This document shows, one piece after another, positions 9,643 through 18,350 of a stretch of 44,400 bases of DNA. The stretch is from sequence record PV296021.1. One strand, 5' to 3'. Numbering within the stretch: position 1 is the first letter of the stretch; every line of letters starts with the position of its first letter. The translations under genes and the position numbers were made by a program. This DNA comes from Enterococcus phage fHoEfm07. The notes under the pieces are model-generated. The model was not told the DNA's origin. It saw nothing but the letters and a program-made list of their open reading frames with translations, and searched no databases.

Positions 9643-10011
9643 GTGCAGTACAAAGATATATCACTAAGCATCGCACGTGCGGTCGATCGGGAAATGCCTG
9701 GCAAATTCAAATCGATCCGCAAGATGATTGCTGATGATGGGGAAAAACCGCAGTTAGTGGCCAAAATGGCAGGAACACAAACGATCATGCTATCTGTTTA
9801 CACTGACAAGGCGCAACCTGGATCGGATTCATTGGCTTACAGCCTATGTGTGGATGCAGTGAACGTGCTTATCGATCCCACAACGGCAATTGATGAAATG
9901 ATTCAAAGCATCGATTTACAAAGCACGCCGGATTTGGTAAACGATGCAGATCGTAACGCCTGGCAGGCGTGGTGCTATTTGGATGTAACTCATTTATATA
10001 CAGGAGGTTAG
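9643..10011 (+). CDS. Tail completion / tail terminator protein
   Basis: 122 aa, GTG start just after the upstream stop. Lies before the major tail gene. Confidence 0.4.
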   Translation: MQYKDISLSIARAVDREMPGKFKSIRKMIADDGEKPQLVAKMAGTQTIMLSVYTDKAQPGSDSLAYSLCVDAVNVLIDPTTAIDEMIQSIDLQSTPDLVNDADRNAWQAWCYLDVTHLYTGG

Positions 10012-10015
10012 GAAA

Positions 10016-10240
10016 ATGGCAAAGGAAGAATCAAAAGCGCCAAAAACAGAAGCGAAATCTAACACGTTCAAAGCGAAAGTAAAAATGCCTGGTTATAGCA
10101 AACGAGCAATCGTGACAGCTAAAATCGGCAATAAAGAAATTGCTTTGATGGAAAACGAAGTTATCGAAGTAACACAACAAGAGTTCGATCAATTAAACCT
10201 TGCAACGTCAAGCGCAGTCGAAATCGTAAAAGTTAAATAA
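10016..10240 (+). CDS. Hypothetical small protein (74 aa)
   Basis: RBS GGAGG upstream. Lys-rich. Lies between the tail terminator and major tail protein genes. Confidence 0.35.
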   Translation: MAKEESKAPKTEAKSNTFKAKVKMPGYSKRAIVTAKIGNKEIALMENEVIEVTQQEFDQLNLATSSAVEIVKVK

Positions 10241-10256
10241 GAGAGGATGAAGAAAA

Positions 10257-11093
10257 ATGCCAGAAACAGGATCAAACGTGATGAAATGGAACAAAGCGGA
10301 AATTTTAGGTGGGCCAGGTCGTTTAGTAATCAACGATGATATTTCTTTACGTCCTACAAAAATTTCTGATGTTATGGATTTAACAGCGCCATTCGCTTTG
10401 AAAGAAGGATGGAGAGATTTAGGAGCAACACAAGAAGGAATCAACATTTCACGTGGTTTCGATACAGAAGATTTCGAGATCGATCAATCAGTACAACCTA
10501 TTGATCGCACGATTTCAAGTTTCACAACATCACTAAGCACAACATTAGCACAAGATTCCATCAACAACCGTCAATTGGCCATGATCGGCGGAACGATCAA
10601 AGAAAATGCAGCCACATTAGGCACACCGGTTGCATTGACAGCGCCAACGCTTATCGGTGCGAAAGTAATCAAAGTTGATGCAGTCACAGGCATTCAAAAA
10701 GATGGATTCGTGATCGTTGGGGATGAAACACGTCAGGTTGCAAACGTTGATGCAGGAACAAAAACAGTGACATTGAAAAAATCGCTTGAAAAAGCACACG
10801 AAGCAGATGTATCAGAAGCAAAATCAGTAACACCAGTTACCGAATTAGGTACAAAAGAAATCGGCTACGGTGCGCCAAGCGAAATCGATCACTTTCAAAC
10901 AGCGATCATTTCTAAAATGGACGATGGCACATTGCGCTTAACTGTATTCTACGATACAACATTATCCGGCGATGAAGTAGAAACAACTTACGGAAAAGAT
11001 AAGAAAGTCTTACCAATCGGCTTGACGGCGTTCCCAGTTGATGATCTACCAGAAGACGAAAATGTGTTCAAAGAATTCCAACAAACAGTATAA
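10257..11093 (+). CDS. Major tail protein
   Basis: 278 aa. RBS GAGAGGATGAAG. Lies immediately upstream of the chaperone G/G-T pair and tape measure. Thr/Ser/Gly-rich beta-type composition. Confidence 0.6.
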   Translation: MPETGSNVMKWNKAEILGGPGRLVINDDISLRPTKISDVMDLTAPFALKEGWRDLGATQEGINISRGFDTEDFEIDQSVQPIDRTISSFTTSLSTTLAQDSINNRQLAMIGGTIKENAATLGTPVALTAPTLIGAKVIKVDAVTGIQKDGFVIVGDETRQVANVDAGTKTVTLKKSLEKAHEADVSEAKSVTPVTELGTKEIGYGAPSEIDHFQTAIISKMDDGTLRLTVFYDTTLSGDEVETTYGKDKKVLPIGLTAFPVDDLPEDENVFKEFQQTV

Positions 11094-11098
11094 GTTTT

Positions 11099-11107
11099 TG
11101 ATATAAT
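11099..11107 (+). promoter_or_regulatory. Extended -10 element TGATATAAT at the end of the major tail gene
   Basis: tttTGaTATAATgg, identical to the element at 5091. It is followed by a small hairpin GGCGAtgttatTCGCC (11114-11129). Confidence 0.3.
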
Positions 11108-11135
11108 GGTGGTGGCGATGTTATTCGCCATCACT

Positions 11136-11149
11136 GTTTCACATGAAAC
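11136..11149 (+). promoter_or_regulatory. Inverted-repeat element GTTTCAcaTGAAAC (copy B), immediately upstream of the chaperone G RBS
   Basis: TGTTTCACATGAAACAccaatcAGGAGGGAAAtcaaATG. About 35 nt nearly identical to copy C at 36092. Confidence 0.45.
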
Positions 11150-11170
11150 ACCAATCAGGAGGGAAATCAA

Positions 11171-11680
11171 ATGACAGAATTAGAAAACCAATTAAAAAGC
11201 ACAGATGTAACAACAAAACCAACTCATATCGAGTTATCAGATGGAAAAGTTATGGCAGTTCCGAAATTAGACGTTGGGAAAACGTTGGGGCTTGCACGTG
11301 TTATCGCAGGCGATGGTTTCGCATTATGGCGCAAGGCACAAGGCCTATTCACAGAAGTTGAAAAGAAAGATGATTTTGGCAATCCAATGTTAGATGATGA
11401 AGGCCAACCGGTCGTTGAAATCATCGAACCGGAAAACGAACAAATTTTCGCATTCATCGTGGAAAACGTGGGTGAAGATTTATTGCCAAAAGTATTGGGC
11501 ATTTTGTTCGGTATCAAAGCAGAAGAAGTCGAAAATATGGAGTTATACGATGCCATTGAATTGTTGACAGCTTTAATCGATGCAAACGACTTAAAGAAAA
11601 CTTTTTTAGCAGTGAAGAAACTGACGGAAAAACTAGTGTCACGTCAGGCGAACGAACCGATAGCAACGCCGGCAGATTAA
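11171..11680 (+). CDS. Tail assembly chaperone (gpG-like)
   Basis: 169 aa, acidic, between the major tail protein and tape measure genes. Contains a U_UUU_UUA slippery heptamer near its 3' end with an open -1 frame continuing downstream. Confidence 0.65.
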   Translation: MTELENQLKSTDVTTKPTHIELSDGKVMAVPKLDVGKTLGLARVIAGDGFALWRKAQGLFTEVEKKDDFGNPMLDDEGQPVVEIIEPENEQIFAFIVENVGEDLLPKVLGILFGIKAEEVENMELYDAIELLTALIDANDLKKTFLAVKKLTEKLVSRQANEPIATPAD

Positions 11681-12084
11681 CATGGAAAGAACAAATTGAT
11701 TTTTTAAAAGGGATTTTCGAAGCAAACGTGTTGACCATCATCCGACAAGTGGACGAAGTGGCAGACCATTTCAATTATACGGATGAATATATCATGGATC
11801 ATTCGTTATCCTGGTTAAAAAGAAAATACAGCTTTGCAATGAACAAACAAAAAGATCGATTGGTTCAATCGCAACGATCAACATTCAGCGCCATTCAAGC
11901 GGTTGTTTCGTCATTCATGGGATCAAAAGTGAACATCGATGAAATACTAATACCACAACGAGAACCATCGGAAGCAGAGAAACATCTAACGGAATTGCTT
12001 GAAAGTCTTAAAGAAGGCAATACGAAGGTTTCCGGCGTTAACGAAGAAGGGTTCGTGGTGGATGAATGGTGGAAAACAACATAA
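11171..12084 (+). CDS. Tail assembly chaperone G-T fusion made by programmed -1 frameshift at T_TTT_TTA (11602-11608)
   Basis: In the G frame the codons are act.TTT.TTA (T144-F145-L146). The -1 frame stays open from 11608 (read by hand: SSEETDGKTSVTSGERTDSNAGRLTWKEQIDFLKGIFEANV...) through the tracked ORF 11728..12084 to a stop at 12082-12084. Confidence 0.5.
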
Positions 12085-12096
12085 ATTTTTGGAAGG

Positions 12097-12128
12097 CTAT
12101 GAATTTTCGTTCATAGTCTTTTTTTATT
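12097..12128 (+). terminator. Terminator-like hairpin between the G-T and tape measure genes (possible attenuator)
   Basis: CTATGAAttttcgTTCATAG followed by tcttttttta. The stem is AT-rich, so probably only partial termination. Confidence 0.35.
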
Positions 12129-12148
12129 AAGAAAGGGGAGAAAATCAG

Positions 12149-15100
12149 ATGGCAGACGGAAAAAGAATCGGTGGTGCGTTTTTAGATTTTCAAGTTGACT
12201 ATTCACAGCTAAAAACGTTTCTAAGCACGATGAACAGCCTATCAGACCAGACGAACAAACAAATATCCGGAATCGGGTCAGTGATCGAATCAACGATCCA
12301 GAAAACAAAGAACTTGACGAAGGAAACGGCAAGCGGTGCGAATCAGCAAAAGAATGCCATAAGTAACATCATGACACAGTATGCAAACGCATCGAAAAAA
12401 GTCGAAGAAATGACCAACAGCATTTCTAAAACAAAGGCAACATCATCAAACGCCACAAAATCGATTCTAAGCGATTCAAAGAGCATAGCAGGAGAATCAT
12501 CCAAAACAGCTTTTAAAATGTCGCAGTCGACATCACAGGCGTTCGATTCGATGAAAAAAGACAGCCGTTCTTTGAATCAAACACTTGTGGCCGGAATGAA
12601 AGCTAATGTGCAGGAGTTTGGTCAAAGTTTCAAAAATCTAGGCTCGACATTCAGCGGAATCGCATCATCGATCATTAACACGTTCAAAAAGATTCCATCC
12701 GGGATCGCATCGATTCCGAAAACGATCGCAACACAGATGAAAAATCTAGCCGGATCGATTACATCAGGATTCGCACGTGCGAAAGATTCAGCAATCTCAC
12801 AGATAAAGAAAATACCGGATGCAGTACGATCGGCAGGTAATTCAATCAAGACAGGATTTGCAACGGCGTTCAATACAGTTGTTTCCACAGCTACAAACGT
12901 AGTCAACAAGACGAACAGAGCGATCCAGACATTGCCACAAACGATCTCACGTGCAGGCAGTGCCATCAAGAACGGATTTTCGAATGGGATCAAAGCAATT
13001 CCACAGATTGCAAGTAACGTGGCTAAGTCAGCAGGAAACGCCTTTTCATCCATCGGAACAACCGTGAAGAATGTCGCATCGGCATCCGGAAGCGCAATGA
13101 AATCATTCCTATCCAGTGGGATGCAAAATGTACTTTCGAAAGCACGTTCGGTTTTCCCTGGTGTCAAGAAACAGATTCAAGACGGCGTAGACGAACCAGC
13201 CAAAACAGCATCGCTTTCATTAGGTAAAATCGCAGGCGCTATCGGCGTGATGAAAGTCGCATCCAAAGCCTTTTCGATGATTGGATCATCGATGGAAGGT
13301 GCGATCAATCGGATTGATACACTAGCAAATGCCGATCGTGTGTTCGAAAACATGGGATTCAAGGCAGAAGAAACACAAAAGATGATGCAGGCGCTAAACA
13401 AATCAATAACCGGGCTACCTACGGCGCTGAATGATGCCGTTTCCGGCGTTCAGTTGTTAGCATCATCAACAGGGGATATAGGCAAATCACAAAAGATTTT
13501 CGAAGCGTTGAATAATGGGATTTTAGGGTTCGGCGGATCGGCTGACATGGTAAACAATGCCATCGTTCAGTTATCACAATCATTCTCAAATGGGAAAGTA
13601 GATGCCGAAACATGGAACTCAATGATCAATAGTGGATTAGGGCCAGCTTTGAACGCTGTTGCAAAACAGATGGGCAAGACGGCCGGAGAATTAAAAACAG
13701 GGCTATCCGAGGGAAGTATTTCCGTTAAAGATTTCCAAGATCGTTTGATTGAATTAAACGAAAAAGGTGGCGGAGGACTGAAATCCTTGCAACAAATCGC
13801 ACAGGATGCCACAAAAGGGATCAAGACATCCATTGCCAACTTTAAAACGTCAGTGACACGTGGTGTCGCAGAGATCATCAAGGCGTTTGACAAGTTTATC
13901 ACAGCAGTAACAGGCAAAGGCGTTGCGGATTGGATCGGCACGTTTGCATCCGGATTCGAAGCAGGATTGAAGAAAGTTGCATCCGGATTCGAAGCAGTCA
14001 CGCCATTAGCTAAGAAGCTTTATGATACGTTGAAACCATTTGCGCCAGTGATCGGCGGAGTGGTGGCCGGTTTGCTCGCAATGGGCGGAATCAACTCAGC
14101 GATCTTTGCCATTAGCAAATTATCAGGAGTATTCGCAATGTTTACGAAGGCATTGTGGGCAAATCCAATCGGGTTAGTTGTCGGCCTTATCGTAACATTA
14201 GGCGTTGTATTCTATAACACTTATAAGAAATCAGAAACATTCCGCAAGAGTGTTGATAACTTGCTGAAACCGCTGAAAAAAGTCGGAGAAATGGCACAGT
14301 TAGCAGGCAAGATGATCCAATTGTATTTATTCGGAGAATATACACAGGATAAAGGGGAACAATTCGCTAAAACACGCAAAGCGTTGGAAGAAATGTTACC
14401 AAAACAAGTGGTCGATGCATTTGTAAAACAAATTCAACGTGTGAGTGATGCAAAAGAAAAATTGACGACTATCATCAAAGCCATATCGTTATCATTCCAA
14501 GATTTAAAACCGGAAGAATATGGCGAAAAAATGAAATCTTTGCATGATTATCTCGGTCAATTCATTCCACAAGAACAATTGAATGCAATTTGGGTCAGAA
14601 TCGCTAATTTTAACAATGCGATAAACCAGTTCAAAGATATATTTAGTATTTTCTATGATGCTTTAAAAGGTAATTTTAAAGATTTTAATCAATTGTATGA
14701 GGAATACGGAGATATTTTCGATATTAGCCAACTGTTCGATATAGTGTATATTTCTCAAATATTGAATCAAGTAGGCGATACGTTTAGATCAGCGTTTACG
14801 CAGATTAAACAAGCCATTTTGACAGGTGTCACAGAAGGAGATTTCACACAGCTTTATACATTGATCCAACAAATAGCGCCAACAATTATCGGGATGCTAT
14901 TGGGCGGTATTCCACAGATTGCCATCGCAGGCGGACGGCTATTGCTTTCGATTGCTGATGGTATGGGCTTAAATATTCCACAGTTGATCACGAAGCTAAC
15001 AACTGAAATCTTGCCTAACATCGTTAACACATTGGTAACCGGAGCAATTACATTTGTGAATGTCGGTATCCAATGGATCAACAACATCATTGCCGGCATT

Positions 15101-18100
15101 AATCAATCATTGCCAACATTATTGCCGATCGCATCGGGTATCATTTCGAACCTGGTAACGTTTATCATGCAGGCATTGCCAGTGATCGTGCAAACAGGTT
15201 GGACAATCCTTTCAAACTTGATGGATGGGATCATGCAGGCGTTGCCTAACTTGATCAATATTGCCGTTCAATTGGTGGTATGGCTTGCACAGACCATCGC
15301 ACAAAACTTGCCGATAATTGTCAACAAGGGGATGGATATCGTTCTGAACTTGTTGCAAGGGATTCTCAAGAAGTTCCCTGAATGGTGGGAAATGGCAGTC
15401 AAGTTGATCATTCAATTTGGCACGAAACTAGCTGAAAACTTTCCATCAATCGTGAAAAAAGGTTGGGAATTACTGACAAAACTTGTGCAAGGGATTGGCG
15501 AAAGAATTCCGGCATTGCTTGCAATGGTCGTTCAATTTATGGGCGTTATGTTAGGCAAAATATTTGAGTATTTGCCAGACTTGATCATTCTAGGTGCGAA
15601 ATTGATCGTTGCTTTGATCAAAGGCTTGTGGGAGTTCGGAAAAGGTTTAGGCGGATTCATCAGCGGATTTTGGGATTCACTGAAAAAAGGTTTTGCTCAA
15701 ATTGATTGGGGCGAAATCGGTCGAAACGTAATCGATGGGATTGTCAAAGGGTTTACAAGAGGATTCAAGAAGGCAAAAGATGCCGTGACCGATCTTGCAG
15801 GAAACATCGGCGGATGGTTCAAAGAAAAAATGGGTATCAAGTCGCCGTCACGAGTTATGGCCAAGATTTCTCAATGGGTGCCGGCAGGGGTAGCGGTCGG
15901 AGTGGAAAAAGGTGCGCCATTAGTTGATAAAGCGATGGATGCATTAACAGCCACAATGACGAAAACTGTACAAAGCGCCGATCCAACCGTTAAAAATGAA
16001 ATCAAAGTCGAATCGAAACCGACATCGATGCCAGTAGATACGAAGCAGATCACAAACGATGGTTCGTTGAATGCATCGGCCTTTAATACCGGATTGCAAA
16101 CGATCGTTCCGCAAGTTACGAACACGATCGGCACAATGGCGAAGGCAGTTGATACAGCCTTGACGAATCAAGTGCCAGGAATGCTTTCAAGTGGTCGTGA
16201 ATGGATAACAACCATGAACAACGGAATTATTCAGACAGTACCACAGCTTACAACGAGCGTTTCGAGCATGGTCAATCAAACAAACAGCAGGATCGATGCG
16301 AACGATGCAACAATGACCAGAAACGGAACAGAATGGGGAAGAAACATTCTATCCGGGTTTAATTCGATTTATCCACAATTTATCAATCGGGTTGGGCAAT
16401 TCACAAATGATACTGTTAACCGCTTGAGATCGATCAACAACACTGTTTTATCCATTGGCAGACAATACATGCAGTTGCTTCTTAACGGAATCAATCAATT
16501 GTATGGCGCAGTTGTTTCACGTGTAACAGCGTTGGGAAATCAGATGGTTTCGTCCTTAAATTCAAAACGTGGCGGATTCTACAATGCCGGAACGTATTTG
16601 ATGAATGGGCTTATATCCGGAATAAATGCCGTGAAGGGTTCGCTTAATACGACAATGAACAGCGTTGCAAACGCGATGGTCGGAGGAATCGGAAAAGGTG
16701 TGAACGGCGTTGCCAGTGGTGTGAACTACATCATGGGTCAAGTTGAATCGAAAAAACGGATCAACAGTTGGAACGTTCCAAAATACGCAAGCGGTACTGA
16801 TGGCCATCCAGAAGATGGATTTGCAATGGTCAATGACCAACCAGGATCAACTTATCATGAGATCGTTCAACGTCCGAACGGCGAAACGTTTATCCCTAAA
16901 GCAAGAAATGCAGTGTTATGGTTAGAAAAAGGCACAAAGGTTGTCAAAGCATCCATGACAAAGCAAATCCTTAAAGCTAGAAAAAACGCCATTCCACGAT
17001 ATAAAAACGGTGTCGGGGATATCGATGTGGCAGATTTCATCGATGATGAAGATGCATTGAAACGATTTTTCCAAAGCAAAGTGAATTATTCGAAAATCAA
17101 GTCGCCATGGAATGGCATGACAAGAACAGCCGTTGACATGATCGGCCATGCATCAAATGACATGGTACAAACGGCATTGAGTGATTTCTTTAGTCACGGC
17201 AATTTTGATGGATCATTGTTTGCAGGTGGTGGAGCGTTCAACAACGTTTACACGTATCTTGTAGACGTAGCGCAAAAACTCATGACGAAGTTCCCTGGCT
17301 TAGTTCCTACATCCGGTTATCGTCCGGGCGATGCTTATTATCACGGAAAACACCAGGCAATCGATTTGGCTTATCCTGGAGTTTCAAACGATCCAAGATA
17401 TACCACGATCGCAAATTACGCTTTTGAGAAATTCAAGAATCAAATTGCTTACGTCATTACAAATGGCCGAGTGCGTGACCGCATGGGGCTATCCGGCACA
17501 GGCGCATCCGGCAAATGGGTAACATGGCCAGCACACGATCACTTTGACCATATCCATCTAAACGGAGCATTTGGCGGTGGCCAATTGCAAAGCGGTGGTG
17601 GCGGTGGCGTTGAAAAATGGCGTGGCCTAGCTATCAAAGCATTAAGAATGGAAGGACAATATTCGCCGGCCAACCTTAATGCACTATTGAATCAAATGCG
17701 GACAGAATCAAATGGCGATCCGAATGCCATCAACTTATGGGATCCGAACGCACTTAAAGGAACGCCATCAAAAGGGTTGATGCAGGTTATCGATCCAACG
17801 TTCCGAGCTTATGCACGTTCGCCGTACAATAAAAATATCTTTGATCCTATTTCGAACATCCTGGCATCGATCAGATACACGTTGAGAACGTACGGCAGTT
17901 TAATTGCCGGATGGCGTGGTGTAGGCTATGAAAACGGTGGAATGGTCACAAAAGATGGTCTTTATAGAATGGGCGAAGGCAACAAAGCTGAAATGGTACT
18001 ACCATTGACCAAACCACAAAGAGCGATGGAATTAATTATGCAAGCTATCCAATATATGGGCGGTGGCGGATTGATCAAATCGCTTTCAAATGTCGCAATT

Positions 18101-18349
18101 CCGGTCATGGATAATCTGACAGGATTCGCAATAAACAGCGCTGGCATTTCCGGTGGTGCGGATGATCCAACCAACAAAGCCATTTTAAGTGCTATCATGG
18201 AACAAAATGAAATATTGCGCCAGATTCTAGCGAAGAACACCGATGTCATTTTGAATGGCCGTGTTGTTTCACAAGAATTGTTGCCAGAATTGGATAAACA
18301 GCGTGCAAGAAATCAATTGTTAGAAAGACGAAAAGAAGGGAAGAAATAG
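12149..18349 (+). CDS. Tape measure protein (2066 aa) with C-terminal LAS-type zinc peptidase-like and lytic transglycosylase (SLT)-like domains
   Basis: Long low-complexity Ser/Ala/Lys/Gln helical N-terminal and central regions, with hydrophobic segments mid-protein. Near nt 17342-17560 an H-x6-D ... HxH pattern (HGKHQAID ... HDHFDHIHL). Near nt 17700-17900 an SLT-type motif (TESNGDPNAINLWDPNALKGTPSKGLMQVIDPTF). Position follows G/G-T. Confidence 0.85.
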   Translation: MADGKRIGGAFLDFQVDYSQLKTFLSTMNSLSDQTNKQISGIGSVIESTIQKTKNLTKETASGANQQKNAISNIMTQYANASKKVEEMTNSISKTKATSSNATKSILSDSKSIAGESSKTAFKMSQSTSQAFDSMKKDSRSLNQTLVAGMKANVQEFGQSFKNLGSTFSGIASSIINTFKKIPSGIASIPKTIATQMKNLAGSITSGFARAKDSAISQIKKIPDAVRSAGNSIKTGFATAFNTVVSTATNVVNKTNRAIQTLPQTISRAGSAIKNGFSNGIKAIPQIASNVAKSAGNAFSSIGTTVKNVASASGSAMKSFLSSGMQNVLSKARSVFPGVKKQIQDGVDEPAKTASLSLGKIAGAIGVMKVASKAFSMIGSSMEGAINRIDTLANADRVFENMGFKAEETQKMMQALNKSITGLPTALNDAVSGVQLLASSTGDIGKSQKIFEALNNGILGFGGSADMVNNAIVQLSQSFSNGKVDAETWNSMINSGLGPALNAVAKQMGKTAGELKTGLSEGSISVKDFQDRLIELNEKGGGGLKSLQQIAQDATKGIKTSIANFKTSVTRGVAEIIKAFDKFITAVTGKGVADWIGTFASGFEAGLKKVASGFEAVTPLAKKLYDTLKPFAPVIGGVVAGLLAMGGINSAIFAISKLSGVFAMFTKALWANPIGLVVGLIVTLGVVFYNTYKKSETFRKSVDNLLKPLKKVGEMAQLAGKMIQLYLFGEYTQDKGEQFAKTRKALEEMLPKQVVDAFVKQIQRVSDAKEKLTTIIKAISLSFQDLKPEEYGEKMKSLHDYLGQFIPQEQLNAIWVRIANFNNAINQFKDIFSIFYDALKGNFKDFNQLYEEYGDIFDISQLFDIVYISQILNQVGDTFRSAFTQIKQAILTGVTEGDFTQLYTLIQQIAPTIIGMLLGGIPQIAIAGGRLLLSIADGMGLNIPQLITKLTTEILPNIVNTLVTGAITFVNVGIQWINNIIAGINQSLPTLLPIASGIISNLVTFIMQALPVIVQTGWTILSNLMDGIMQALPNLINIAVQLVVWLAQTIAQNLPIIVNKGMDIVLNLLQGILKKFPEWWEMAVKLIIQFGTKLAENFPSIVKKGWELLTKLVQGIGERIPALLAMVVQFMGVMLGKIFEYLPDLIILGAKLIVALIKGLWEFGKGLGGFISGFWDSLKKGFAQIDWGEIGRNVIDGIVKGFTRGFKKAKDAVTDLAGNIGGWFKEKMGIKSPSRVMAKISQWVPAGVAVGVEKGAPLVDKAMDALTATMTKTVQSADPTVKNEIKVESKPTSMPVDTKQITNDGSLNASAFNTGLQTIVPQVTNTIGTMAKAVDTALTNQVPGMLSSGREWITTMNNGIIQTVPQLTTSVSSMVNQTNSRIDANDATMTRNGTEWGRNILSGFNSIYPQFINRVGQFTNDTVNRLRSINNTVLSIGRQYMQLLLNGINQLYGAVVSRVTALGNQMVSSLNSKRGGFYNAGTYLMNGLISGINAVKGSLNTTMNSVANAMVGGIGKGVNGVASGVNYIMGQVESKKRINSWNVPKYASGTDGHPEDGFAMVNDQPGSTYHEIVQRPNGETFIPKARNAVLWLEKGTKVVKASMTKQILKARKNAIPRYKNGVGDIDVADFIDDEDALKRFFQSKVNYSKIKSPWNGMTRTAVDMIGHASNDMVQTALSDFFSHGNFDGSLFAGGGAFNNVYTYLVDVAQKLMTKFPGLVPTSGYRPGDAYYHGKHQAIDLAYPGVSNDPRYTTIANYAFEKFKNQIAYVITNGRVRDRMGLSGTGASGKWVTWPAHDHFDHIHLNGAFGGGQLQSGGGGGVEKWRGLAIKALRMEGQYSPANLNALLNQMRTESNGDPNAINLWDPNALKGTPSKGLMQVIDPTFRAYARSPYNKNIFDPISNILASIRYTLRTYGSLIAGWRGVGYENGGMVTKDGLYRMGEGNKAEMVLPLTKPQRAMELIMQAIQYMGGGGLIKSLSNVAIPVMDNLTGFAINSAGISGGADDPTNKAILSAIMEQNEILRQILAKNTDVILNGRVVSQELLPELDKQRARNQLLERRKEGKK

Positions 18350-18350
18350 A

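Noticed and set aside
12622-13167. Minus-strand ORFs nested in large + strand genes: 12622..13167 (181 aa, inside the tape measure gene), 35316..35951 (211 aa, inside the DnaC-like gene), 42132..42623 (163 aa), 956..1354 (132 aa, inside terL), 3109..3510 (133 aa, inside the portal gene) and others
   Set aside because: Each lies entirely antisense to a + strand gene with clear motif-level support. Their translations are Cys/Phe/Ser-rich and low-complexity, which is typical of antisense readings of coding DNA. None has an RBS or an operon partner. No other minus-strand gene exists in the window.
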